Assembly: GCA_041691155.1 (NCBI GenBank) | Contig: JBEPVD010000006.1 | Location: forward strand, 4,402 to 68,401 | Direction: 5' to 3' | Length of the DNA stretch: 64,000 bases | Origin: Candidatus Dormiibacterota bacterium | GTDB lineage: Bacteria; Chloroflexota; Dormibacteria; Aeolococcales; Aeolococcaceae | Part shown: in pieces, positions 36,441 to 44,970 of the stretch | How the letters are laid out: every line of letters begins with the position of its first letter | How positions within the stretch are numbered: position 1 is the stretch's first letter | The notes under the pieces: generated by a model | The model's database searches: none | Seen by the model: only the letters and a program-made list of their open reading frames with translations | What the model was told of the DNA's origin: nothing | Made by a program: the position numbers and the translations under genes

Positions 36441-38354
36441 ATGCGAACGAGATATCTCGCGCCCGTGATTGGCGTGCTGGTGGCAGTGGGGACGGTAACG
36501 CTCGCTGGGCAGGCGGCGGCGGGGGGCGCGGCAACCAACTCGGCTGCGACCAGCGTGACCTTCGTCAAGACGCTCGCCGGCCCATCCGAGGCGGCGCTCT
36601 ACCCCAGCGGACTAGCCTGGGACAGCCACAGCAACCGGCTCGTCGTGGCTGACACGGGATACAACCGCATTTCGGTGTTCACGCCGGGCACCTGCCCAGC
36701 GCCGCCCGCGCAGTGCCATCCGTTACTCACCTTCGGCACGTTTGGGTCAGGCAATGGCCAGTTCAACACGCCTCGCGATGTCGCCGTCGATGGCACCTCG
36801 AACATCTACGTCGCTGACGCCGCCAACAGTCGCATCGAAGCGTTCGACAAGAACGGGAATTATCTGTGGCAAGCGGGCGGAGCGGGAAAGCTGGCGCAGA
36901 ACCTCAACGTCCCAATCGGTCTCAGCTACGACGCAACAACCAACGAAATCCTTGCCGCCGATACGGGCCACTCGTTGATCAAGGCGTACGCGGCGGTCGG
37001 TGGGGCACAGGGTCTTGCGGCCGGCTCGTACATCTGGAAGTCGCCGACCGGAATCATCAAGTCGCCACGCGAGGTTCGTCGTGGTCCCGACGGAGAAATC
37101 TGGGTCGCTGACTACCACAACGAGGAAGTCAAGGCATTCCAGTGCACCTGCACCGCGTCGAGCAGCACGTGGAACAGTTCCCCGAACAAGATCCTCGGTG
37201 ATGGCAAGGCGGCCGGCCACGCAAACGGTGAGCTCAATGCGCCGTACAACGTTGTCTTCAGCGCCGATGGCAAAACTGCGTACGTCGCGGATACCGGCAA
37301 CGAGCGGATCGCGGTGTTCAACGTCAACGGATGCTCGGGAAAGTGCCCGTGGGTGGCCAACTACGGTTCGAGATGCCCGGCAAGCTGCCCGCTCCCGCCC
37401 GGCAACGCAGCGTATTTCACGGCGCTCCGCCGGGTCACCTTGGACAATTCCGGGAATATCTGGGCCGCTGACTTCTGGGGAAGCGGCATTCACGAATTCA
37501 GTCCGACCGGTGCGACCGGGACCGAGATCGACGGTGCCCCGGCGCCCGCGCCTGGTTTCGCCGAGGCGTATGGCGTCGCGGTGGGATCGAGCGGCACGAC
37601 CTACGGCGTCGATCGGCTGAACCAGCGCGTTGAGGAATTCAACGCAGCGGGTGCGTTCGTCCTTGACCAGGGCAGGCGCGGAACCGCCGTGGCCGACTAC
37701 TCGTGGCCTGAAACCGTCGGGGTGGCCCCGGATGGAACCGTGTGGGTCGGCGACACGCGCAACAACCGTCTTGTGCACTACAGCGCGGGAATGACCACGC
37801 CACCACTCGCCGTGGTGACCGGGGGCGGATCCGTCGGGGCGTTCAACTACATCGAGGGCGTGTCCGTCGCCGGGAGCGGCCTGGTCTGGGTCGCAGACAC
37901 GGACAACAACCGGATCGTCAGCTACAAACCCACCACGAGCACGTACAAGGCATTCGGGACCCGCGGGTCAAGCGTTGTCATCGGCAGCCCGGCGCAGTTC
38001 ATCGACCCGCAGGATGTCGTTGCGTCAACGACGGACCTCTACGTTGCGGACACGGGGAACAACCGCATCGATGAAGTTGACTTGAACGGCAACCTTGTGG
38101 CCGTCTTCAAGACCGGCATCAGCGGACCGCAGGGAATCGCACTCGGTCCCGACGGCACCGTGTGGGTCGCCAATACGCTGGACAACCAGATCGTACAACT
38201 GTCGGCGAATCTCTCGACTCAGCTGACCGTCGTCGGATCGTCGGGCAGCGGCAACAACAACTTCAATCTCCCGCACTCGCTCGCGGTGTCCGGGACCAAG
38301 CTCTTTGTGGCGGACACCTACAACAACCGCATCCAAGTCTTCGCACTGAGCTAG
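36441..38354 (+). CDS. secreted NHL-repeat beta-propeller protein
   Basis: Signal peptide (VLVAVGTVTLAGQAAA). About a dozen recurrences of the NHL-type unit (P.G[IV]A.D..G.[IV][WY]VAD..NNR[IV]). RBS GGAAGGGAAG. Confidence 0.8.
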   Translation: MRTRYLAPVIGVLVAVGTVTLAGQAAAGGAATNSAATSVTFVKTLAGPSEAALYPSGLAWDSHSNRLVVADTGYNRISVFTPGTCPAPPAQCHPLLTFGTFGSGNGQFNTPRDVAVDGTSNIYVADAANSRIEAFDKNGNYLWQAGGAGKLAQNLNVPIGLSYDATTNEILAADTGHSLIKAYAAVGGAQGLAAGSYIWKSPTGIIKSPREVRRGPDGEIWVADYHNEEVKAFQCTCTASSSTWNSSPNKILGDGKAAGHANGELNAPYNVVFSADGKTAYVADTGNERIAVFNVNGCSGKCPWVANYGSRCPASCPLPPGNAAYFTALRRVTLDNSGNIWAADFWGSGIHEFSPTGATGTEIDGAPAPAPGFAEAYGVAVGSSGTTYGVDRLNQRVEEFNAAGAFVLDQGRRGTAVADYSWPETVGVAPDGTVWVGDTRNNRLVHYSAGMTTPPLAVVTGGGSVGAFNYIEGVSVAGSGLVWVADTDNNRIVSYKPTTSTYKAFGTRGSSVVIGSPAQFIDPQDVVASTTDLYVADTGNNRIDEVDLNGNLVAVFKTGISGPQGIALGPDGTVWVANTLDNQIVQLSANLSTQLTVVGSSGSGNNNFNLPHSLAVSGTKLFVADTYNNRIQVFALS

Positions 38355-38360
38355 ACGGAA

Positions 38361-39287
38361 ATGAAGCGACTGCTCCCTGCGCTCCTCGGTCTCGGCATCG
38401 CGCTCACGCCGGTCACGATGGCCCGCGCTGACACCGCGCCCGGACCGGGCTACCTCACCATCCAGTTCGGCCGCTCCATCGAGGGAAGTTATACGAAATG
38501 CGGGACCGCCGTTCCCGGCATCATGACGCTGACGCAGATTGCCGCGGATCTTCAGGCGCGCAACCTGACCGCGACCAGCACCGTCGTGGTCGACTACACC
38601 GGATCAACGACTGAGCTTTGCAACGGCGGAGATTTCTATGCGGACTGGGCCGACCTCCAGGCACTCAACGCGGCATATGGCTGGCAGGTCGTCAGTGACG
38701 GGTTGACCCACAACGACATCGTTGGCATGACCCTCGACGAGCAGGAGGCCGAGACGTGCGGCACACTCCCAACCTTCGCCGCTGAAGGGTTTACCAATGC
38801 CTGGGGTCTGTACGCGTACGGAAATGAGAAACGCTCCAGCCCCATCCAGAAGAACATCGTCGCAACCTGCTACGGGTACGGTCGAACCTACCGAGGTGGG
38901 GTCAACTACCGCGCCTTGATGGTCAAGCCCTTCTGGCAGAACACCAACAGCATCACTGGTGGCGCCTGCAATGACCCGACCCTGCCCTGCTATACGCCGC
39001 AGCTAGCTGAGAAGGGGAATCACTACAAGGGCCCGGTGCACTTCGAGAATCTGGTCGCGAACGAGACCGGCGACCAATGGATCGATCTGCAGTTCTACAG
39101 GCTGGTCAGCGGCGCACAGAGCGCCGGCAAGTTCTCGTGGGACTGCACGAGCAGCGACTGGAGACAGCACTGGACCGGCCAGCCGGAGTTCTACTGCCAG
39201 AACGATTTCGACGCCATCGTCAACTCGATTCCACCAGGGATCGTTTCAGCCGATCCCGCCACGGTGGCGACGGCCTGGGGTCGATAG
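38361..39287 (+). CDS. secreted Cys-rich hypothetical protein
   Basis: Signal peptide (LLGLGIALTPVTMARA) and 10 Cys in the mature part. Starts 6 nt after the NHL gene stop. Confidence 0.55.
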   Translation: MKRLLPALLGLGIALTPVTMARADTAPGPGYLTIQFGRSIEGSYTKCGTAVPGIMTLTQIAADLQARNLTATSTVVVDYTGSTTELCNGGDFYADWADLQALNAAYGWQVVSDGLTHNDIVGMTLDEQEAETCGTLPTFAAEGFTNAWGLYAYGNEKRSSPIQKNIVATCYGYGRTYRGGVNYRALMVKPFWQNTNSITGGACNDPTLPCYTPQLAEKGNHYKGPVHFENLVANETGDQWIDLQFYRLVSGAQSAGKFSWDCTSSDWRQHWTGQPEFYCQNDFDAIVNSIPPGIVSADPATVATAWGR

Positions 39288-39358
39288 GAGAGGCTCCGAC
39301 ACTGAGCCCGAGTACCATGAGCGCCTCGTGACCCGTGGTCACACCAAGGAGGCATTTC

Positions 39359-40021
39359 GTGGATCGAGAGATGGTCGAACGCGTGACCGAGGTCGCGCGG
39401 CAGGTCGTCGCCAGCGGTGCGATATCTGTCAACGCACATGGCAACGTGAGCCTCCGAGCTCCGGGCTCCGACGACATCTACTTCACGGGTGGCGCCTCAC
39501 TGAACCCCGCATCCAACGTCGTGCGTCTCGGTCCTGATGGAAGCCTGCGGGAAGGCGAACTCGCGCCGATCCAGGCTGCGGTTGTCGCAATGCATGCGGC
39601 GATGTATGCCGACCATCCGGAGGTCGGTTGCGTAGTGCACACACACTCCCCCTACGCAACGGCATTCGCGGTGGCGGGTCGACCGATCGATTGCTGGGTG
39701 GAGGCCATGGCCATGTTCGGTCTCGCCGGTGGCGTCCCGGTTGCCGCCTACGGTCCTCGGGGGTCCGACCTCGCGGTCGCCAACATCCGGGCCGCGATCA
39801 CGCCGGGTATCCCGGCCGTGCTCCTCGCCAATCACGGCGTGCTGGTATTTCATCGGACGCCCGAATTGGCGGTGATCGTTGGTGGCGTCATCGAGGAGGC
39901 GGCGCAAGCCGCGATTCACGCGAACGCCATCGGGGGACCCGTCGTCGTCCCTGAAGAGCTGCGCGCCATTGCGCTCCAACGCAGAATGGCATTCGACTCG
40001 ATGGGCACCCAGCCGGCCTGA
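39359..40021 (+). CDS. class II aldolase/adducin family protein
   Basis: GNVSLR and the metal-His region VVHTHSPYATAF. GTG at 39359 sits 7 nt after AAGGAGG. The listed ORF start is 39335. Confidence 0.75.
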   Translation: MDREMVERVTEVARQVVASGAISVNAHGNVSLRAPGSDDIYFTGGASLNPASNVVRLGPDGSLREGELAPIQAAVVAMHAAMYADHPEVGCVVHTHSPYATAFAVAGRPIDCWVEAMAMFGLAGGVPVAAYGPRGSDLAVANIRAAITPGIPAVLLANHGVLVFHRTPELAVIVGGVIEEAAQAAIHANAIGGPVVVPEELRAIALQRRMAFDSMGTQPA

Positions 40022-40058
40022 TTCGAGCGCCTGACCGGACTGTCAAGCTGCGTACGTA

Positions 40059-41429
40059 GTGGTCCATACAGGAAAGACCCGAGCTGACCGTCTGGAGGAG
40101 GGGCGTGCCATGCGGGCCCGCGCTCCGAGATCGAGTCACGCGGAATGGCAGCCGGTCGGCGAGCGTGTCGATCCGCTTGCCGTGCTCGAGGCGCAAGCAG
40201 CGACACGCGTACCGGAGCTGATTCCCATCCGCCACGGGCGCATGCTCACGTCCCCGTTCGCGTTCCTCCGAGGCGCTGCCGCGGTGATGGCGATGGACTT
40301 GGCCGCGACCTCCGTCACCGGTTTGACAGTGCAGACGTGTGGCGACGCCCACGTGTCCAACTTCGGTGTGTTCGCCACACCGGAGCGCAACGTCGTCTTC
40401 GACATCAACGACTTTGACGAGACCATACCGGGTCCATGGGAATGGGATGTGAAGCGTCTCGCGGCGAGTGTCGTCATGGTTGCGCGTGAGCAGGGCATGG
40501 CCGCCGCACGGGCGCGAATCGTGGTTGCTGCTCTGCTGCGCTCCTACCGCGAGCGGCTCGCCGCGTACGCGCAGTTGAACGCTCTCGACATGTGGTATTC
40601 GCGCATCGGGGCGGCCGACGTCATCAGCCATTTCCCGCCGGCGTACCGACCGTTGGTGCGGCGGGACATCGCCAGAGCGCACCAGCGAACGCGCCTCAGG
40701 GCCGTCGCCAAATTGACGGTCGACAACGGCGGCGTGCGGCGTTTCGCGGAGGATCCCCCGATCCTCGTGCACCTCACACGCACCGGTCACGAGATGGAAG
40801 AGGTCGAAGGCATCATCGCCGCATACCGCGACTCGCTCACGGATGAGCGCCGCGAACTCTTCGACCGATTCCGTTTGATCGACGTCGCGCGCCGCGTCGT
40901 CGGCGTCGGGAGTGTCGGGACGCGTTGCTGGGTCGGCTTGTTCGAGGGGCCGGACCATCCCGAAGGCGACCCACTCATCCTGCAACTCAAGGAAGCGGCG
41001 CCGTCAGTCCTGGAGGCCTACATCGACGGCGCTCCCGTCGCGCACAACGGACAGCGCGTGGTCAACGGACAGCGCAGAATTCAAGCCGCGAGTGACCTGT
41101 TCCTCGGCTGGTCTGCAGGGCCGCAGACGGGCCGTCACTACTATGCCCGCCAGCTGTGGGATGTGAAGGGCCAGGGGGACCCGATGCTGATGGACATGCG
41201 AAGCCTGCAGCACTACGGTGAGCTCTGCGCATGGGCGCTGGCTCGAGCCCATGCGCGCACCGGTGACCCGGTCGCCATCAGCGGGTACCTCGGGAGCAGC
41301 GATCGTTTCGACCGCGCGGTCACCGAATTCGCGATGCGCTATGCGGACCAGACGGTGCGTGACCATGCCGCGCTCGCCGACGCGGTCGCGACCGGGAGGA
41401 TGGCGGCGGACCCGGTCGACGCAGACTGA
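40059..41429 (+). CDS. DUF2252 domain protein
   Basis: 456 aa. Characteristic RHGRMLTSPFAFLRGAA and CGDAHVSNFG segments. Confidence 0.7.
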   Translation: MVHTGKTRADRLEEGRAMRARAPRSSHAEWQPVGERVDPLAVLEAQAATRVPELIPIRHGRMLTSPFAFLRGAAAVMAMDLAATSVTGLTVQTCGDAHVSNFGVFATPERNVVFDINDFDETIPGPWEWDVKRLAASVVMVAREQGMAAARARIVVAALLRSYRERLAAYAQLNALDMWYSRIGAADVISHFPPAYRPLVRRDIARAHQRTRLRAVAKLTVDNGGVRRFAEDPPILVHLTRTGHEMEEVEGIIAAYRDSLTDERRELFDRFRLIDVARRVVGVGSVGTRCWVGLFEGPDHPEGDPLILQLKEAAPSVLEAYIDGAPVAHNGQRVVNGQRRIQAASDLFLGWSAGPQTGRHYYARQLWDVKGQGDPMLMDMRSLQHYGELCAWALARAHARTGDPVAISGYLGSSDRFDRAVTEFAMRYADQTVRDHAALADAVATGRMAADPVDAD

Positions 41430-41473
41430 TTCGGCGAGCGCGTAGAACGCCGTTGTCGGGGTACAACTGAATC

Positions 41474-42175
41474 ATGGATGTTGAGATCTGGTCCGATGTC
41501 GTCTGTCCCTGGTGCTATATCGGCAAACGCCGTTTCGAGCGCGCTCTCGCGGATTTCCCGCACCACGATGGCGTCACCGTGACCTGGCGCAGCTTTCAAC
41601 TCGACCCGAGCGCACCGGTATCGACCACCGGTGACCCCGCCGATCGTCTCGCAGAGCGATATGGCATGACCAGAGCACAGGCCGACGCCGCACAGGCGCG
41701 CGTCACTGCGATGGCGGCCGGGGAAGGACTGGACTTTCACCTCGAATACGCGCGCTCGGGGAACACCTTCGATGCGCATCGCCTCATCCATTACGCGGCG
41801 TCGGTGGGCAAGCAGGACGCAATGAAAGAGCGGTTCATGGCCGCGTACTTCGTCGAGGGCGAGGCGGTCGGAGAACGCGACGTGCTGACGCGGGTGGCCG
41901 CGACGATCGGACTGGAGGAGGCAGCTGTCGACGACGTCCTGAACAGCGACGCCTACGGCGCGGAGGTTCGCCACGACGAGCTCGAAGCCCGCCGGCTGGG
42001 GATTACCGGTGTCCCGTTCTTCGTCATCGATCGCACGTACGGCATTTCCGGCGCTCAGTCACCGGAAACGATCGGGCCGGCACTCCAGCAGGCGTGGACC
42101 GAGGCACACCCGCTGCAGATGGTCACCGGTACGAACGCCGGCGACATCTGCGCCGACGACAGCTGCGCAGTCTGA
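41474..42175 (+). CDS. DsbA/FrnE-like thiol oxidoreductase
   Basis: N-terminal CPWC active site in EIWSDVVCPWCYIGKRRFE. 233 aa. Confidence 0.85.
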   Translation: MDVEIWSDVVCPWCYIGKRRFERALADFPHHDGVTVTWRSFQLDPSAPVSTTGDPADRLAERYGMTRAQADAAQARVTAMAAGEGLDFHLEYARSGNTFDAHRLIHYAASVGKQDAMKERFMAAYFVEGEAVGERDVLTRVAATIGLEEAAVDDVLNSDAYGAEVRHDELEARRLGITGVPFFVIDRTYGISGAQSPETIGPALQQAWTEAHPLQMVTGTNAGDICADDSCAV

Positions 42176-42206
42176 GAACGAGCCGCCGCTGCGACGACTG
42201 ACGAGA

Positions 42207-43667
42207 CTACGCGGCGAGGGCCGGGGCTGACGCCTCGTTGTCGATCTTGGCGACATCAGCCCGACGCACCGTGGCCGCCAGGACGATTGCCGCGCCCACG
42301 AACAGGAAGGCGCCGACCACGAACGCGACATGGAAACCGTCGACGAGTGCCGTGAGGCCGTTCAGTGGTGTGACCGCGTGTCCGAGCCCTGCGAGGTTGT
42401 TCGCAGTGGTGTTCGCTGCGAGCGTCGAGAGAACGGCAAGTCCAATCGCGCCGCCGAGTTGCTGGGACGTGTTGAGGAGGCCTGACGCAAGTCCGGCGTC
42501 GTGCTCCTCGACGTTCGTGGTCGCGATCAACGTGATCGGCACGAAGGTCAGTCCCATGCCGATGGCCATGATCATGAGCCCTGGCAACAGGTCGCCCAGG
42601 TAGGTGCCGGCGACGGGAATCCTGCTCAACAGGAGGAGTCCGACGGCCGCGATGGACATCCCGATAAGTCCGACGGCACGGACACCGATCCGTCGAATCA
42701 ACTGCTGCGACAGTCCGGCGCCGATGATGATGCCCGCGGTCACGGGGAGGAACGCGAGCCCGGCGCGCAGCGCGCTGTAACCGAGGACTTCCTGCACGTA
42801 GATCGAGGCAAAGTAGAAGAGCGCGAACATCCCGCCCGCGACCAGCAGCATCGAAAGGTTGGACCCGGTGATCGACCGCATGCGGAAGATGCCGAGCCGG
42901 ATGAGGGGGTGGCGCAAACGCAACTCGAGCGTGACGAAGGCCGCGAGCAGCGCGACCGCGATTGCGACGAGTCCCAGCGTGGTCAGCGACACCCAGCCCG
43001 CCGACTGCGCGTTGACGAGCGCATAGACGAGCACGACGAGCCCCGCCGTAATGGAGACCGCTCCGACGATGTCGACACCGCCACTGCGGTCTTCGACGCG
43101 ACTCTCCGGAACGAAACGGAGTGCGAGCAGGATGGTGATCACGCCGACCGGCACGTTCACGAAGAACACCCACTGCCAGGAGAAGGCGCTGGTGAGCACG
43201 CCGCCGAGCAGCAGACCAATGGCTCCGCCGCCCACAGCGATGGCGCTCCACACACCGAGCGCTGCGGTGCGCTCACGACCTTCGGCGAAGGTTGTTGTCA
43301 GCACCGAGAGCGCCGCCGGCGATACCAGCGCCCCGCCCAGTCCCTGCAGCGCGCGGCCCGCGACGAGAATGCCCCCGGATCCCGCGAGTCCGTTCATGAG
43401 CGACGCCGCGGAGAACAGGAAGATGCCGATCAGGAACAAACGCCGCCGTCCGATCAGGTCCGCAGCTCGACCGCCGAGCATGAGAAACCCTCCGAAGGCA
43501 AGCGTGTAGGCATTCACGATCCACTGCAGGCTTTCCGGCGAGAAGTGCAGGCCGCGCTGAATCGATGGCAGCGCGACGTTGACGATGGTGGCGTCGAGAA
43601 TGACCATGAACTGCGCCAGGCCAACGACGACAAGCACGACCCAGGGGTTAACGCGTTTCGGATTCAT
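42207..43667 (-). CDS. DHA2 (EmrB/QacA-type) MFS transporter, intact paralogue
   Basis: 486 aa, 14-TM pattern, MFS motif A region (GRAADLIGRRR). GAGGA RBS before the ATG at 43665-43667. Confidence 0.9.
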   Translation of the reverse strand: MNPKRVNPWVVLVVVGLAQFMVILDATIVNVALPSIQRGLHFSPESLQWIVNAYTLAFGGFLMLGGRAADLIGRRRLFLIGIFLFSAASLMNGLAGSGGILVAGRALQGLGGALVSPAALSVLTTTFAEGRERTAALGVWSAIAVGGGAIGLLLGGVLTSAFSWQWVFFVNVPVGVITILLALRFVPESRVEDRSGGVDIVGAVSITAGLVVLVYALVNAQSAGWVSLTTLGLVAIAVALLAAFVTLELRLRHPLIRLGIFRMRSITGSNLSMLLVAGGMFALFYFASIYVQEVLGYSALRAGLAFLPVTAGIIIGAGLSQQLIRRIGVRAVGLIGMSIAAVGLLLLSRIPVAGTYLGDLLPGLMIMAIGMGLTFVPITLIATTNVEEHDAGLASGLLNTSQQLGGAIGLAVLSTLAANTTANNLAGLGHAVTPLNGLTALVDGFHVAFVVGAFLFVGAAIVLAATVRRADVAKIDNEASAPALAA

Positions 43668-43725
43668 GCTGACGTCCTCGGTGTGGGGTAGAATCTGAGC
43701 GAAGGCTCCGGTTATGGAGTACTAT

Positions 43726-43743
43726 ACGGAACGATGGTTCCGT
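43726..43743. promoter_or_regulatory. candidate TetR operator (perfect palindrome)
   Basis: ACGGAAC-GATG-GTTCCGT lies between the MFS start (43667) and the TetR start (43769). Same half-site core (ACGGA/TCCGT) as 13636-13652. Confidence 0.45.
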
Positions 43744-43768
43744 TTGTCAATCCAAGTCAGGACGTTCG

Positions 43769-44416
43769 ATGAGCACGGGGATAACGAGTGCGGAGCGGTC
43801 CGAGAACGCACCCCTCGACGCAGAACGGCACATGCGCTCGGACGCGCGTCGCAACCGCGAGCACGTCCTCGAGGCCGCCGGTACGTTGATGGCCACGCAC
43901 GGCGTCGACGTCTCGATCGACGAGATTGCGGAGCTCGCGCATGTCGGTGTCGGCACCGTCTATCGCAACTTCCCAACCAAAGGCGCCTTGCTCGAAGCGC
44001 TGCTGCTGTCGCGGCTCGAGCCACTGGTCGCCGCAGCGCACGCCGCAGCCGGCTCCGACGATCCCGGCGAGGCCTTTGTGAACTTCGTCCGCAAGCTGAG
44101 CGATGAGATGTGCGATTTCAAAGCACTCGCGGACGCGATGGTCGCATCGGGGGTGGACATTCACAAGGCGAAGCAGACGATTTCGTCGGAGCTCATGGCG
44201 GCCGTCGGCGCGCTCCTGGAGCAGGCGCAGGCAGTGGGGCGCATCCGGCCTGACGTGAACATCGGCGACGTGTCGGCAATGATGATGGGTCTCGGCCACG
44301 CGGACCCCTTGCTCATGGATTCGGCGCAGCGGTCGCGTTGCGTGGCGCTGGTATGCGACTCCTTGCTCATCGACGCGCGAAGCGTGTTGCCGCGACGGTC
44401 GTTTCCGACGAACTGA
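43769..44416 (+). CDS. TetR family transcriptional regulator
   Basis: 215 aa. HTH (SIDEIAELAHVGVGTVYRNFPTKG) similar to that of the regulator at 13678..14307. Confidence 0.85.
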   Translation: MSTGITSAERSENAPLDAERHMRSDARRNREHVLEAAGTLMATHGVDVSIDEIAELAHVGVGTVYRNFPTKGALLEALLLSRLEPLVAAAHAAAGSDDPGEAFVNFVRKLSDEMCDFKALADAMVASGVDIHKAKQTISSELMAAVGALLEQAQAVGRIRPDVNIGDVSAMMMGLGHADPLLMDSAQRSRCVALVCDSLLIDARSVLPRRSFPTN

Positions 44417-44426
44417 GCGCCCCACC

Positions 44427-44444
44427 GGCCGGGGCCACCCGGCC
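44427..44444 (+). terminator. GC-rich hairpin after the TetR gene
   Basis: GGCCGGG-gcca-CCCGGCC, 11 nt after the stop codon. No U-tract. Confidence 0.35.
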
Positions 44445-44567
44445 CTCATGAGGCGAGGCAGGCACCACTGATTCGGGCACGGTCGTGTGTTACAGACGCG
44501 TCACAAGTGTGACGACACGCGGCGAGGCTCACCAGACGGGCTGCTAGCGTCGATCCCAACTGAATCT

Positions 44568-44957
44568 ATGTTGATCCGCTCCCCCCGGACCGCATGTTTT
44601 CTGGTTGCCGCGGGACTTCTGATGGTCGGATGCTCGTCACCGATTCCGGGTCCCGCGCCGGCCAGCCCCACGCCAGCGCTCGGCGACGGCCTGCGCCAGG
44701 AACTGGGGACGCTGCAGAGCTGCCTCGAAGGTGCGACGTCGGCGCTGACTGCCGACAACGCCGTCTGCTATCAGGGATTCAGCTATACCCTCGACGGCTA
44801 CACCTGGCCCGCACCCGATATGCAGCCGGAGGTCGCGCTGCGCGCGGCTGCACTCGCGCTGTCGCAATGCCTCGGCGGCACCACGCCCACCACCTGCGCG
44901 ACCGACCTCACGGCCTTCAACACTGACCGGGATCAGTTGCTCGGACTGGTCCCGTAG
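44568..44957 (+). CDS. putative lipoprotein
   Basis: Internal ATG 44568 gives MLIRSPRTACFLVAAGLLMVGCSS with a lipobox (LMVGC). Four further Cys in the mature part. Confidence 0.6.
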   Translation: MLIRSPRTACFLVAAGLLMVGCSSPIPGPAPASPTPALGDGLRQELGTLQSCLEGATSALTADNAVCYQGFSYTLDGYTWPAPDMQPEVALRAAALALSQCLGGTTPTTCATDLTAFNTDRDQLLGLVP

Positions 44958-44970
44958 GCCCTCCCCGGGG

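Noticed and set aside
36747-37778. 343-aa minus-strand ORF
   Set aside because: It is antisense to the NHL-repeat gene, whose repeat periodicity and signal peptide identify the true frame.
38361-39287. Cys-rich secreted protein as a CE4 polysaccharide deacetylase
   Set aside because: The resemblance is vague (LTIQFGRS versus TFDDG; SDGLTHND versus H-S/T-xx-H). The catalytic Asp and His positions are not conserved, which is too weak to call.
39888-40985. 365-aa minus-strand ORF
   Set aside because: It is antisense to the DUF2252 gene. It is Arg/Asp/His-rich and lacks motifs.
42501-43691. 396-aa plus-strand ORF
   Set aside because: It is antisense to the intact MFS transporter. It is highly charged (D/E/R/H) with no hydrophobic or catalytic pattern.
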